Of a stretch of DNA of 64,000 nucleotides, positions 1 through 14,974 are shown in pieces; position 1 is the first letter of the stretch, and every line of letters begins with the position of its first letter. The notes under the pieces are model-generated. The model was given only the letters and a program-made list of their open reading frames with translations. It did not search any database and had not been told where the DNA came from. This stretch comes from Podarcis liolepis. Its lineage: Eukaryota. The DNA lies in the NCBI GenBank assembly GCA_965112155.1, contig OZ218099.1; one strand, 5' to 3'. A program made the position numbers and the translations under genes.

Positions 1-215
1 TGTGTGGAGAGAGAGAGAGAGAGATTTATATAAATAGAAAAGGAATGTATTCATTCTCCATCCTGAATCCTTCAAGACCTGATTTCGATTCAAATGCTTC
101 GTCTCTCTCCAAAGAACCACAAGCCTCCTGTGGAAGAAATAAAAATCCCTTCCAGGATCCAACAATCTGCAGGAGAGAAATTACTCCATTTACCAGCAGA
201 ATTTCTTTTTCACAG

Positions 216-272
<57 letters not shown>
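216..272. repeat. Compound (TG)n(AG)n microsatellite
   Basis: Direct reading. Confidence 0.95.
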
Positions 273-273
<1 letters not shown>

Positions 274-1855
274 ATGCTTCCAGTGATGCTTCCTCCCCTG
301 TGCCTTGTCTTTGGTAAGCACTGTTAACCCTATGAAGATACACTGTCATGTATCTTGCCATCATTAACAGAAGATTTCAAAGAGGACACAGGATGTGGGC
401 ATCAGAGACCTTGTAGCAAGACCCTCTCTGGATGTAGCATGCTAGGGAGTAAGCCAGGAAGGGATGGCCTCAAAAATCTCAAGGCCATCCACAGAGAGGA
501 TGACAGCTAAGTCAGCGCACACCCTCACAGAATCGGCAGCAGAAACCTGCCTTGTATTTTCTTCCCTATCTTCCCTGCCCCATGTCTTCATTTGAGCAAC
601 TGATCATAATAAACGGCATGATTGAAAATCTTCAGCAACATAGTAATTACTTTCACGGCCACCTGCAATTTTATGTTCTAGACCCTGGGCGCAAGAGCAC
701 AGCCATCCACTGAGAAGGCGAGGATAACTCTGCCTGTACCCATGAAGACTACTATGGGCTGCCTCTGGGCTGTCAGAAGCACCTACCAAAACTTTAGGTT
801 TGTGAAATTAAAGTAGATTTAAGCACTCTGTCACCCTAGCACAATAAATTCACCAGGTTCACACACAGACACCCATTTTTGTGGTTTGGAAAGTGTGGCA
901 TCAATAAATGATTAATGGGGAGATGTATAAACACCAAGAGGATGAATGCAGGATAAATTCTAATTCTTAAATCACTGTCCTATAAACAAATTGGAACAAA
1001 TGCTCAGTTTCAGACCCCTCCAGACATCCTTTTAATTGCACATTCATTATTTGTTCTCATGATGTTATCAGGGTGGTCACACACGACCCCTGTCAATATT
1101 GTTTGTGCCCGCAAAGGTTTTGGAGCTTCACTTTCTGTCAGTGCATATCCTGTAACTTCCTGCCGAAATCCTATACCTTTTTATACCAGAAATACTCTGT
1201 TTTGTTTTTGTCCTGCTTTTGTTGAGCTAGAGCCGCTACAGGTCAGCAATAATGTGGTAGCATTGGGACCGCATCCCAGAACAAACCAGATTGGGATAAA
1301 TCCAACGTTATCATTGTGTTAAGAACATCTACAAGACCAGTCTGGACAGGTCTAACCACATAAGCCTTGTGCAAACAAACCAGGATGAATGAAAAATAAT
1401 CAGGTCATCTGGAGAAACCCATGGTCAATGCGAAAACAAAGACTGAAGCATGTTATTACACACTCCCCATTTCTCTAAGTGATGAGAAGATCAAAGGGGC
1501 AGAAGTATCAGGGTTTCACCCCCTTAGGACAAGACGGCATTGATGATCAAAGGTACCATTGTAAGAATTGCTTAATTTACAAATATATTTCTATAATATT
1601 GGTGTATCCAGCTGCTGTTAAAGGCTGCAGGAAAGGACAGTAAAAGAAAAAAGAAAGAAAAAAGATGGCAGCCTGCTCATACACAAAATTCAGGCCATGT
1701 TGGACAGTTGCTTGTTTAGATTATATATGCCAGAGATACTGCCTCTGGAAAGCTCCCTGCCTTAAAGAAGTACAGCTGCAAGTCAGTGATAAGGAAAAAG
1801 CATGGTGGCCGTATACCCTGAAGTGCATTTGATGAGGAGCATCTGTGTTTAAAAA

Positions 1856-1893
<38 letters not shown>

Positions 1894-1979
1894 CTTCCAG
1901 TTCTGCAATCTCTGAATACTTGTTAGGAGCAGGTAAACAAACCCTTCTCGGTAGTGGCGCCTGCCCTGTGAAACACTCT

Positions 1980-2180
1980 CCCATCAGATGTCAAGGAAAT
2001 AAGCAGCTATCTTATTTTTAAAACACATCTGAAGGCAGCCCTGTTTAGGGAAGTTTTTAATATTTAATGCTGTATTGTTTTTAACACTTGATTGGGAGCC
2101 ACCCAGAGTGGCTGGGGAAACTCAGGCAGATAGGTGGGGTATATTATTATTATTGTTGTTGTTGTTGTTGTTGTTGTTAT
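1980..2180 (+). mobile_element. L2 3'-end fragment with (TTA/TTG)n tail
   Basis: Matches the 3' UTR of the 30890 element (CCCATCAGATGTCAAGG...CCCAGAGTGGCTGGGGAAAC). Confidence 0.75.
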
Positions 2181-5100
2181 TCTCCAGCAACTCACAGTGC
2201 ATTGCACATTATTTATGCTTGTGGGTGTCTGAGCTATGTTCACCATTCTGGGGATCTGATAGCGATCAGAGGTGGGCACAAATCCCACATTACACTCAGG
2301 GGGAAAGCAGAATTAACAGGAGCTGTTGCACCAGGTCAGGCCAGTGGTCCTTGTCAGGGGTGCTCTCCACCCTGATTTGACACATTGGTCTCTCAGGCAG
2401 ATGCCTTCTCGGAGCGAAACTTGAATCACATCAGATAATAACAGTGACATCAGAAGCCGTGGCAGTGGTAGTAGCGGCGGCGGCAGCAGCGGCTGGAGAG
2501 AGGGAGTCTAAAGCCTTTTTATTGCCAGAAATTGAACCCACAACCTTAATGAACTTTGCTCTGCCTCTGAGCTAGTTGTCGCCCTTTCCAGAAACCAGAC
2601 CCCGCAAGTGCCCTGATTTAATTGGGACATCCCAAATTTACATAAGCTGCTTTGGCTTCTGATCCCAATCCAGGATGCCCAATTTTCCCAGAGGCCGCTC
2701 CAGGTGCACAGTGTCTCAGATGCCGCATCTCAGGGGACGGAAGACAGCAAAGGTAAGAGATGGGAGGGAAGGAAGGGGTGAGCAGATGGGAGAGGAAGGG
2801 GTCAGCAGCAGGGAGGGGGGAGAGAGATGGAGATGGGGGATGGTGAGGGGGTGCCCCAAATTTTCCTCCCAAAATATTGGAGGGTATGAGAGACAGCAGG
2901 TACATTTGCAGCCGGGAGCAGCCTGTGTTTAGTCAGCAGCAGAGGGAGATCAGGTAACATTCAGACAGACAGCAGCAAGGTCAGCAGATAAGAGACAACG
3001 GCGGAGAGCCTCTAAATTAAGACTGCTTTCATTAATCCCCTCTTAGAAGTGAATAATAAGAGTGGCAGGCTTTTCTCAGCTAGTCAAAATCCCTGCAGAA
3101 AACCACTCTCTGAAAGTGGAGCGTGGCAAAGCTGCTAGTTTTGGTGTGGGTTGCTGCCCCTCTGCCACCATTTGCTGTGGGGTAGGAGTGGGGTATTGCC
3201 TAACCAGCCGTCCGGCTCCTTCCCTCCCAACCCTCAGCTTTACTCACTCTTTGTCCAGGCTTAATGCAGCGCTTACACAAAACGTAACCTTGCGGCGCAC
3301 TTTAAATTTTTAATGCTTCAATAAAATTGTGATTACAAATACCCCAATTCAACGTTAAAGTAAAAAAAGTATTAATTTCCTGCAGTTTAATTATTCAGCA
3401 GAACTGCGCTGCACCAAGGATAGATTTGGTGTCTAATCAGTAGAGAAAGATCTGCCTGAATGGCTTCACTGGGTGGCAGCGGGGAGAGAGTTGCCTGTCC
3501 CAAAACCATAATCCTTCATGCTTCCAGACTTCAGGCCTTGCAGCCACTAATAACAAACTTTGGCAGCAGGTACTGAAAGGTCTTGCTCTGGGATGGGGAA
3601 TCCAGGTCTTGTTAGGCTCCCATCTCCCCAGCCAGCACAGCCAACGGGTAGGGATGATGGGAGTTGTAGTGCAGAAACATCTGGAGGGCCACAGATTAGC
3701 ATTGCTATTCAAGCTGCACCCATTCATGTTTTATAATATAGGGAGCTAGAGTGGGAAAGGGCTCCAGAGCAACTAAAGCAGCCTGCTTTTGGCCATCTTC
3801 TTGAATGAATTGCATACATTGCTTAGATCAGGATGGGGAACCTCAGACTTGTGGGCCCACCAAACCTACACCTGGCATCATCTCTGACATCAGGTGTGGA
3901 ACTGGTAAAGGTGGGGCTTGGCAAAAGAGACTTTACCTTTAGGCAGTGCCTGCTGAGCCTTTGGGAAACCCAGTGCTTCCCACTTTGGAACAAGCACCTA
4001 TCAATCATAATGATGGCAGGTGACTGACACTTGTCAAAATCTGTTCCACAGTGTCCAAAGGACCCACAAGGCAGCTGGTTGAAGGGCACTTTGGAACTGA
4101 TGCTCTAAAGGGCTTTGCCAGCCCCACACTCAGTGCTTGAGAAGCACCAAGGACAGGGCTTGCAAAGCACTTTGTAGAACACTTTCTGAATGTCCCACAG
4201 CAATTTGGGAAGCAAAGCACTCTGGAAACCCAGTACTAAGCGCTTCTCAAGCACCAAGCCCAGCAGCTGGATGTCAAGCACTTTAGAAATGTGACACAAT
4301 GGACTTTGACAGGTGTCGATCCTGATGACATCAGATGATTGACAGATGGGTGCTGATACTCCCTGTTGTTACAGTAAGTGCTGCACTTTTAACATTTGGG
4401 GGGAAAGGTGCTGGTACTGCATACCCTCAAGTACCCCCAGACGAAGCGCTGTTCCTAATGAGCTCATGAAACTGCTGGTGAACATCTGGGCAAAGACAGC
4501 CTTTAGCAACTGGTAAAGCACAAAGCTTGACAGTTGTGTATTTCATGAGAAACATCAAGTTGCTGTTGTTAATAGTTATGGCTGCATTAAAATGCTAACC
4601 AGACATTTAGCCAAGAACATCTGGCCTGAAAGTAGTGAAGCAGGGTTCCCAATAATATTAGGAGAACTGCTTAACAGGGACTAGTATAATAACTCGATGT
4701 GTGACAAAGAAGCAAAAGGACCATCAGGCTTATTTAAAAGCATTGTAAAAATGACTGCTCAGTTGATTAGTGGTGTGGTTCTTTTTAAAAAAGAGAAAGA
4801 AAAAAAAGAAGTGACTTCATTTGCAATGGAAATGAAATTATCCCACAGTTAATTTGCAGTTCTTCCACTTCTGATTAGTTGCTTTGGAAAGTGCCCTCTT
4901 GTTTGAGACACAAAGGTCTCGGATCCTACCTTGTGGGGCTTGTCTGTTGAACTGCTAAGGTTCTATACAGCTGAACCCATATTGCACCTTAGCCAACACT
5001 GACACTTTCTCAGAAGGAAGATGGATGGGATGCTCAATACTGAGTAAACATGGCCTAAAGCTCCTTTCCCCAACCTCATATCCTCTGTTTTGGACTGTGA

Positions 5101-7723
5101 TTCCCATCAGCTCTGTGCTGGCTGGGCCTGATGGGAATTATAGTCCAAAAGAAGATGGAGCGCAGCAGGTTGTGGGAATGTGTTGAGCCAAAGGTGAGCA
5201 GTTTCGGAAGACCTGCAAACACCGTCTTGATAGTCAAGATAACCATTCATTGGCAGTTGTTGCAAGAACGAGCTCATATACAGTATGCTTATATTCACTT
5301 GCTTTGATATATATGCTCCTTGGCTTGCTTTGATGCTGTGCTTATCTGTGGTCCCTGGGATGCTGGGCTCTCAGCCCAGAGAGGGGAGCTACCTGCAAGC
5401 TTTGGATAGTTGCCACCTATGGCTCACAGGTCAGGAGGACTGATGGAAGGTTCTGGCCACATTGGTGCATGCTGTCTTTTGTATAAGTAATGTATACATG
5501 TTTGCCTGGGTGCAGACAAGTCATGGCAGTTGCTTGCTGCTGCAGTGTTTGACCTGCATCTGTAAAGACCACAGGGCTCTACATGCTGGCTTGCAAGTTT
5601 ACACCTTTATTTAATAAAGTACTAGAACTGGCCAGTCGGATTTTTTTATATCCTTCTTTGGTATCCCTGCATCAAACCACCCCCACAAGCCCTTCTTTGA
5701 GCCTGTGGTTCAGAACAGGCTGGCTGAAAGATATACATAAAGGCCAGTAATTATGCACCCTTCACATCTAAAGCTTCCTTGAGATACCTTCTCAGCCGCC
5801 TCTTTAAAATAAAAGAGGACATTTGACAACTTCACTGTGTCATTTAATCCAAGAATCTGCTGTTCTTATAGTTTGGATGTGTTTGTTGTGCACACCACAC
5901 ATTTAAAGCACAGACCACCCCCCAAAGAATCATGGGAATTGCAGCTTACCCCCTCAGAGAGCTACAATTCCCAGCAAGCTTAACAAACTGCAGTCCCTGG
6001 GATTGAAGGCAAGGGGAGAAAAATGAACTTTATGGTGCATGTTCCTCAATCAAGCCCTGGGATCTCTAGTTGTGGGAAAGTGGTCTCATGCTCACAAAAC
6101 TGCAGTTCCTAAAATTCATTGAGATGCTTGTTGAACACATAAATATGTGTTCTACACACCTTGGGTGGCAGATTCTGGGGTACCATGAAAGGGCAGCAAA
6201 TAGTTAATTAATATCTACCATCATTTGCTACCAGGGCTTCCCCCCTAAAACACTAAAATGTACTGGGCCTTCATGGCATGATGAGCAGTCCCATGTGAGA
6301 ATGTGCTAACAACGTGGCAGAGTTCAGCCCAGTGGATTTAAAAATAAATAAATAAAAATAGTATCACAGTCCTTGAGACAGTGGAAATGCCAATACTCAT
6401 TTGTAATGCAGATTAAACTGGTTAGTTGCACCGAAATGCTATTGGCATGTATTGCAGGTCTCTCTCTCATGCATCCAAAGTGTCACTGACCTTGCCTTTG
6501 TACAAATAAAGCAGAGTGGAGAGCAAAGAAGGCTGGACTTGTATCTTGTTTGAAATCCAGACTTCCAAATCATGCATAAGTGTCACCTTCATGTCCAGAA
6601 ACTCTTTGCTCCTTTCATGCCTGCCCAATGAATTCTTTTTTAAACACACTACCTGGGAAGTGAATCCGCCCATTACAGGCTTTTCTCTGTATTATAGATT
6701 TTTGAGGGGGTAGGAAGTGAGAGAGAGAACTGTAAATGGCAGATAATGACTGCTTCTCTGATTAGATGCTACTCAAGGAGGTTCTAACTGACTGTTTGAA
6801 CTGAACAGGAAGCTTTTAAATACGCAATCCTGTCTCCAGAATGACTGGCAAAGAACAATAACATTCAACCCAGGTAAAGTTGTTCATGTTTAGATTCACT
6901 GCAGAGAAGAGGGAGCTCAGAGTATTAATTTCAGATGTTTGGAGGTGATGTAAGAAGGGTTAACTGCTGATACTCTCTGATCTCTGAGTACCAAATTATG
7001 AGGTGGGATAGTTCAGTATGACCAGATGGGACCCATATTAAAAGAGGACAACAGAGTTTGATCTAAGTGGAATGACTTCCTAGAAGGCTGGTCAACAAAA
7101 GAGGTTTAATGACTGTCTCAAGGCAAATTTTTTAAAAATGTAGTATAAACACCAACAACTGGGAAACACTTGCCTGTGAGTGCTCCAGTTGGAGAACAGC
7201 CTTTACCAAAGGTGTCATGGGCTTTGAAGACACTCAAACTCAGGACGCAAGGGAGAAACGTGCAAAGAGAAAGGCACGCTTGGCAAATCCACACAGTGAT
7301 CAACTCCCACCCGGAAACTAATGTCCCCACTGTGGAAGGACATATGGATCCAGAATTTGCTTCCACAGTCACTTACGGACTCATTGTTAAAACCGTGTTT
7401 ATGGAAGACAATCTTACTCGGCTACAAGTGATCAAAGAAAAAGAAGAAGACATTTGGGAGGAATGTTTGAGTCTACCTTCCATTTCTCCTCCTCCCCCCC
7501 CCCCATTTTATCCTCACAACACCCTGTGTGGTAGGTGAGGCTGAGAGACAGTGACTGGCCTAAAGTCACCCAGTTAGCTTCATGGCTGAGTGGGGTTTCA
7601 AACCCTAGTCTCCCAGGGTCCTAGCCCAACACTCTAACCGTTACACACAAGCAGCCTAGTTAGGATTTGATGAGGTGAGTAAGCACTTTTCATTCTATCC
7701 CAGTGAACACCCTACCTCAAAAA

Positions 7724-7784
7724 AGGAAGGAAGGAAGGAAGGAAGGAAGGAAGGAAGGAAGGAAGGAAGGAAGGAAGGAAGGAA
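7724..7784. repeat. (GGAA)n microsatellite
   Basis: Direct reading. Confidence 0.95.
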
Positions 7785-8651
7785 ATGAGAATGAAAATGC
7801 CTCATTGAGAAGGTAACTCAGATGGAGAAACATGTGGATGGAGGCATCACACAGCCTTCTTCTTCATATTACTACTACTACAGTTGTTGTTATTATTCGG
7901 CAGGACTACTAGTTAGAAGGAAGATATATAAGTATCCTTTTATGACTGCATCATGAGTCTTTGGTTTGGCCTACACAATATATATAACCAGCTGCCTTGT
8001 GTGTTACACAAAGAGAGAGAACCAACAGCAGCATCTTCATGAATTGTGCTGCTCTCTGGGAGGAGAAGGAGGAGCTGCTCCAGGATGCCCCAGCTGAGAA
8101 GCCATCAATCTCTTCATGAAAGAATCAATTTTTATACGCTTGTAGCTGTGGAGATTACTATTGACCTTGGGAAATCATAAATAGAAAGGTTACATTGGCA
8201 GACTCTGTTCCTTTACTGTTCCTTTTCCTTTCTCCTATTGCAATTTTTGGCTTTCTTTTTCGCCACAAGCACTTGGGGTTGGAAGCAAGCTGAGCAGAAT
8301 TCCCCTGGCGGGTGCATTTCAGACAGTGTTGTGGTGTCGATGGGCTTCCCCTAGGGAGACCAGGGTTCGGAATTCCTTATCCAGCCACAAAGAGTCTTGT
8401 GACACTTTAAAGATGGTGACTGATAGCACAAAGGCCTTTGAGGCTCCACAAGGTTGCATCTCCTCCTTGCAGGTGTCTGGTAGATATCTAACTAATTTTA
8501 AGTGAAGATTCCTTATTTTAAAGGAATGTTCCTGATTCAAAAGATCGTCCATGAGAGCTGGCCAGCCCAAGTCTGAACCCAAAATTACTGTGGGGCTTGT
8601 GGCAAATACAGTCCAGAAAAGTCATGCAATTCATATAAGCATCAATAACAA

Positions 8652-8797
8652 AGAATCATAGAGTTGTAGAGTTGGAAGAGACCATGAGAATTATCTAGTC
8701 CAACTCCTGCAATGCAGGAGTATGTAGTTGTCCCATATGGGGATCAAACCTGCAACCTTGACATTATCAGCACCACACGCTAACCAACTGAGCTATC
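8652..8797 (-). mobile_element. Short SINE with tRNA-Ile-like head and CR1-type tail (copies at 16826-16962, 28290-28424, 32358-32600, 36744-36850)
   Basis: Minus strand TAGCTCAGTTGGTTAG.CGTGTGGTGCTGATAA..AAGGTTGCAGGTTTGATCCC head; CTATGATTCT tail. Confidence 0.7.
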
Positions 8798-9476
8798 CAT
8801 GTCTCATGTCACCTTTGTTGTATTTTGTTGCTGCTGTTTAATTCCTTTCATTGTTTTTAATAGTGCATTGTAGATATTCTTTTTTATGTACACTGCCCTT
8901 AAAATTTTTGGACAAAGATGAGCTACATAAATTATTTCGCTTCGTTCTCTTTTGCCTGTAGCCAAGAACTTTAGCTGCTACTCTGACAACCCTGGATTTC
9001 CCAGGCTATTTCTTGTTTCATCCCTCCCTTGTTACTGAGGAGCATTGCTACTTTGTGGTGAGTCCAGTGCAATAAATTGATAGACAAATCTTCAGATTCT
9101 CAACAGAGGCCACTGCCCTGCCTGGGCTAATGAGATGCTGCTATTTGTGAAAACGCACAGATCTCTCCAAGATAGCGGGCACTGGGGAGCTAGTACTTTT
9201 CAGAATGCCAGGCCAGGCAACACCAACAGAGGAATTGCTTTGCTGGGTCAGAATAAAAATCCATTTAGGGCAGTGCCCTCTTTCTAGTTTTAGCCAGCCA
9301 GGTGCCTCTGGAAATTCACAAGCAAGCCTTGAAGAAGAGAGGTGGCCCCCTCTCATCATTCCACCCACCCGCCCCTCTCAAAGCTGCTGTTCAGAGGTAA
9401 ACTCTGCATGTGGATCTTCCATTTAGCTATTATGGCTAGCAGCTTTAATTATCCCATTTTCCATGAATCTGCCTGT

Positions 9477-9629
9477 CATAGTTGTCAACGTTCCCCCCCC
9501 CCCCGGAAATTCCCTTATTTCCCGCTGCTTCCCGTTGCTATGCCAGATTGTTAGCTACCCCGTAGACTGTCCCTGGGATAGGTAAGGCTGCTGATCCCTT
9601 ATTTTCAAATCTGAAAGTTGACAGCTATG
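9477..9629. mobile_element. hAT-type MITE
   Basis: TIR CATAG(T/C)TGTCAAC; 8-bp TSD CTGCCTGT at 9469-9476 and 9630-9637. Confidence 0.82.
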
Positions 9630-11807
9630 CTGCCTGTTCCTTTGAAAGCAAGGGTGGGGAAGTGGGTGGCCTCCCCACATGGCTGAATTCCAGTGCCCAT
9701 CAACCCCAGACAGCATTGTCAACTGCAAGACTGTGTGCTGTGCCATATTTATGCTTGCCTCACTGCTAGGAGCACTCCATGGGTGGGTGGGGGAACTCCT
9801 GCAAGCCTAATGAGGCCCAGCAGACGGTTTTCAGCAAACCATGGCCATGTTTCTCATGCCTTACATCAGATACAATGATCATTTATGAAGCCAGGGGCAA
9901 GAAACTTCAAGCTGTAGCTAAAACGAAGAATTGGGAGTAAAGTCCTTATATTTCCTTGGACTCAAAAAGTCAGTGCCTTTTGAATTTTTGAGAAAAAGGC
10001 ACCAACCTTTTTGATACAAAGGAAGCACCGCTTCAAGAGTGCGCTTGATTCTTCCATTGAATCAACAACTTGAATTCAATGGAACAATGAGCAGGATCCT
10101 CCTCTGCAGGTATAGCTCAAGCCACAACCACCAAAGAAGGAAGATGCTCCTGAGGTCACTGTGGTGCCAGGTGATTGACAGGTGGGCAGCCACACTCATC
10201 TGTGAAATTGGCCCACTGGGTGACTCTTGTCCTCTATCCCTGGGCACTTAATGGATACCACCTGTGTTATCATGGGTGATGAGTGACCTAACTCATGCCC
10301 CCATCCTATGGTCATGGAATTTGTCGGACAGTTATCATTGCTTGTCTATTGAAATATGTCTTTTTTTAAAAAAAGTAATCATAAATAGGCAGCCTCATTC
10401 TGTCCTGTCTACTTTGAAACCAGCCAGGTGGGAACCCTGTTTTGGTATCAAAATATGCTCTGGATTGTCCAGAGGGCTGGAGGCAGACGTTTGTAGGATG
10501 CAAGTAGTTCTGAAAACAACTGACAGTGCTTTTTGCAGCAATATGCAATTTCACAAGTTGCATTAGCATACAAACCTCCCCCGCCCAGAAAACGTGCACA
10601 CCCAACCTTTTTGCTAGTCTACGCACCTCAACCACTCTCCATTATCTTTAAATGCTTAGATTCTTAGCTGAAGAGGGAAATGTTATACATTGTTATTGAG
10701 GAGGATTGGTTTGGATGGTTCCTTGGGCCCACAGAGCTCAGTGGAAACGCAGAGAGTTCAAAAGGTCAATACTAAAATGGATCGTCAGAAATGTGAAAGG
10801 TGGGGAAATAACCAGAAATGAAAATTGCAGAAGTGTGGAAGGTCAGGACTGAGGCAGCTTCACAGAAAGCAATCAATAAAAAACCAGTATTTTAGAAAGC
10901 CATTATGCTGTTCTACTCTGATCATAAGAAAATATCATTTCCCTGGTGGACAAAAGAGCAAACATGTATTACTGGTAATATTAATTCACCAAAAGCAGAA
11001 GCAAAATAATATTTCATGCAAGTATGTTCTACTGCATGGTTGGGGAACCTGTGGCCTTCCAGATGTTGCTGACCTGCAACTTCCATCATCCCTGACTATT
11101 GGCTGTGGCTGTGTCTATTGCCCAAAAACAATAGGATGTCTGCGAGCTCCTTACCCTCTGTGCTGCTGTAAATCAGCCTGTAGCTAGAGATCCACACCAT
11201 ACATTCAAAACACTCTTATACCCCTTGATCAGTCATGGACAATCCTAGGAACTTTAGTTTGTCTGGGATGCTGGGAATTATAGGTTTGTGGGACCAGGAC
11301 CCTTAACAAACTACAGCTTTGGTGAGTTCCAGCTGAAAAAAGGTCTGCATGGATGCATGTGTGTTTGAGGAATCATCCACTATTTCCCAGTGTTTCTCGT
11401 TTTAACCTCTCAAATGAATATAATCTTTAAAATACATTTTAAGGTTGGGGGTTGTTTTTTTTTTGTTGGTTTTTGTGTGAAATCCCTTGCTTTTCTTACT
11501 GCTCCTGCTTTTTACTGCAACATAGAGGGAAAGAGGATGAGAGGGATAAGGGGTGAATTCTGAGGCCCTGGTGCTGAGGGTCCTTGAAGCAATAAATCAG
11601 GTGTGGGGAACCTTTGGCCCTCCAGGTGTTGCCAGGTGCAATTCCCATCAGCCCCAGCATGCACAACCAATTGCCAGGGATGATGGGAGTTGTAGTTCAG
11701 CAACATCTGGAGAGCCAAAGGTCTCCCCACCTGTGGTGAATAAAAAACCATGTAGTACAATGCCCAAAGACTATGTCATGATTTGAGGCACGCTACTAGA
11801 AACATTA

Positions 11808-12175
11808 AGGGACGCGGGTGGCGCTGTGGGTTAAACCACAGAGCCTAGGACTTGCCGATCAGAAGGTCAGCATTTCGAATCCCTGCGACAGAGTGATCTC
11901 CCGTTGCTCAGTTCCTGCTCCTGCCAACCTAGCAGTTCGAAAGCATGTCAAAGTGCAAGTAGATAAATAGGTACTGCTCTGGCGGGAAGGTAAACGGCGT
12001 TTCCGTGTGCTGCTCTGGTTCACCAGAAGCGGCTTAGTCATGATGGCCACATGACCCGGAAGCAGTCTGCGGACAAACGCCGGCTCCCTCAATCTATAGA
12101 GCGAGATGAGCACACAACCCCAGAGTCGGTCACGACTGGACCTAATGGTCAGGGGTCCCTTTAACTTAACCTTTA
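11808..12175 (+). mobile_element. Sauria SINE (Squam1), full length
   Basis: GGGACGCGGGTGGCGCTGTGGG head, ACCTTT-type tail, TSD (TA)CTAGAAACATTA at 11794-11807 and 12174-12187. Confidence 0.92.
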
Positions 12176-14585
12176 CTAGAAACATTAGACAGTAAAATGA
12201 GGCTCCTTACTGATTTATGATATATGAGTAGCTAAACTTGGAAATGTTTTAATCAAAGAAAATACTAAAGGCTGACCCACCTCCCTGACCTACCCACTCC
12301 CATTGCGTCATAAAGGATCTATAACAGGAGTGCCATTTAGGGACGTTGAAGGGTGGTACTGACTCTCCCTCCCTCCTGCCTCTCCATTTTTCAGACATGT
12401 ATGGCTACTCCACAGGAACACCCACATTTCCTGGTTGTGCACAAGAAGAGGCAATTATAGTATGCAATTAAATGGAGCTGTGTTCCGATTACGCACACCA
12501 AAGGCACAAATCCCAGTGGCGTCTATATATCCCTTTAGTTGCACCTTACGAGGTATTTTTTAAAAAACAAACAAACCCGAGTACAAATTATCTCAAAGCG
12601 CACAGATATTAATTTTAAATGCATTCAAGGGGAGACATTTAAATCATACTAATTCCAGCGCAAATAAACACACGCGCACACCCCTTTGCAAAAATATTCA
12701 CACACTAGCCCGAAATAGATATCAGAATATAGCTCCTGGCTAAAAGCAAAGCATTTGGAAGTCATAAAAATGCATGACAGTAAAAACTGCCACGCTGGGT
12801 TAGATCAGCAGTCCATCTCACTTGGAATTTCAAACTAGATGGACGAAAGGTCTCACTCAGCATGGTGGTGCTTATTGTCATAAGTTCTTATGTGCCTGTC
12901 AAACACTTTGCTTGCACCCACCAAATGCCATGGAAAAATTCACAAGAAAGGCATGGTGGTAATATCTACCCTTCCCCCCCCCATGTTGTTTTACTTTAAT
13001 ATGAATGTTTTCCTCTCTAGCATTCCTCCTTAATCTCTCTAGGAGGGGCATCAGAATGTTTTTTCCCAGTCCTCTGCTTGCTAGCAAGCTGCCTTCTTCA
13101 TCTATCATCACCAAGGACATCTTTATTTAGTACCCAAAGAAATGGGAGGAAATGGCCTACATCTTCGTGATAATGTGAGTCCATCAATAAGCCGTTAGCT
13201 AAGCTAAAAGGTCAGATGAGAACAAACAGAGATAAATGAAGCCTTCACTTAATGCCATCGGAATCTCAATCCCAAACAGAAGGGAAAGGTCCATCTCCTG
13301 GTGGCACTGCCAGGGACCAAGCAAACATCTCTGTGACCTGGGAAGGTTTCAGGGGCTCTAGAGCTGTCAACAAGCCCCAGATGGCCCCTGTAGACTATAT
13401 TCCCAAGTGGGTCAGCTCCCAGTTTTTACCCTGCAGCACAAGCAACGGGATGGCATCAGTCAGAACTTAGCCTAGAAGGCTTTTCTGAATGTGGAGAGGA
13501 AGAAAGTGGCTAGCCATTGCAACTCCGCCCCACTCTGAGACATAAATACATAATTCAGGTTTGCACAATGGTATAATACGCAACATGCATTGTATTCGTT
13601 CCAAATTAATATGCATTTCAGCTCCATAAACCACATGGTGCAAATAGCGACTGTTCCGGGTAAGATTTCAAGCGACGTGCAAATAGCAATTTTGGGAATG
13701 ATTTCAGACTCCCTTGAAATTGGCATTTGACACATTATTCAGCTCACATACACCCAGGGATGTTATATTGGCCACTTAGTAAAAGGGGGCTTTGTTTAAA
13801 TTGCACACTATTAATTTTTTGCACTGAGGTCAGGTTTTGTTTTTATGGTCATTGGATTTCAGCCGCTGCATCTGAAAACATTGCTGAATTTTGGTTTGAG
13901 CTCCAAAGAATGGTTCAGAGTTTATAGCTTTAGATTTTTCTTTATAAAGCACAATGCATTTGCTTTGTAAAGCATTTGACTTCCTACTTCTTAGTTCTCT
14001 CATTCTCACTCTCTCTTGTGTACACACATAATATACATTGCTGGAGAGAAGACAATGGAGTAGCAACAGTTACTGACAATTACATCCAGCTATGTCTCAT
14101 CTCCTTCCACTAAGTGAGCTGCTGTATTAAAAACAGGATAATTAGGCAGCCTCACTCGACGGTTTCTTTTGTGGATACATATAGTATGAAATTTGTCTTG
14201 GAGGTTGGCTATATCTGACAGGTTTGTTTCTTTAAAAAAACACCAAGTCATGATTATACTGCAACAAACAGTGGTGGTTGGATATCTACACTGAGTCAGC
14301 ATCCAGACAGCCATGCATTCAGATGCAAAGTTTGCCATTATCATTCAAGGGCAACCCTGGGTGACTAAGCAATCAGCTTAATGGGAGAGCAGGAATCTGA
14401 AGTCAAGTGCCCAACCAATATCCAACAACCTCACCTTTCCAACACTTTCTCTAGCATGGTGTTAGACTAGGACCTGAGAGACTTGAGTTCAAATCAGAGT
14501 CATAGCCAGGGGCAGGGGGCTAGCCAGGGGTTTTGTCCCAAGCGAAGCCTCCAGAGGGGAGCTATTGAGGCTCCCAGCCTCTATG

Positions 14586-14616
<31 letters not shown>

Positions 14617-14777
14617 ACACAAATGCTCATGGAAGGGTGCCAAACTGGGTCCTTGACCCAGGTAAAATAAAGCCTAGTTTCACCCCTGGTTCAAACCCCC
14701 ACTCAGCCTAGCCTCCTTGTTTTGAGGATAAAGTGAAGAAAGAGAGGGAAAGCTATGGATACCACCTTGAGATCTTT

Positions 14778-14974
14778 NNNNNNNNNNNNNNNNNNNNNNN
14801 NNNNNNNNNNNNNNNNNNNNNNNNNNNNNNNNNNNNNNNNNNNNNNNNNNNNNNNNNNNNNNNNNNNNNNNNNNNNNNNNNNNNNNNNNNNNNNNNNNNN
14901 NNNNNNNNNNNNNNNNNNNNNNNNNNNNNNNNNNNNNNNNNNNNNNNNNNNNNNNNNNNNNNNNNNNNNNNNNN
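14778..14974. other. Assembly gap (run of N)
   Basis: 197 N bases. Confidence 1.

Noticed and set aside
26-364. ORFs with SLSLSL/HTHT/ERER or poly-L/poly-C tracts (also 2075, 31593, 32909, 50166)
   Set aside because: Microsatellite translations
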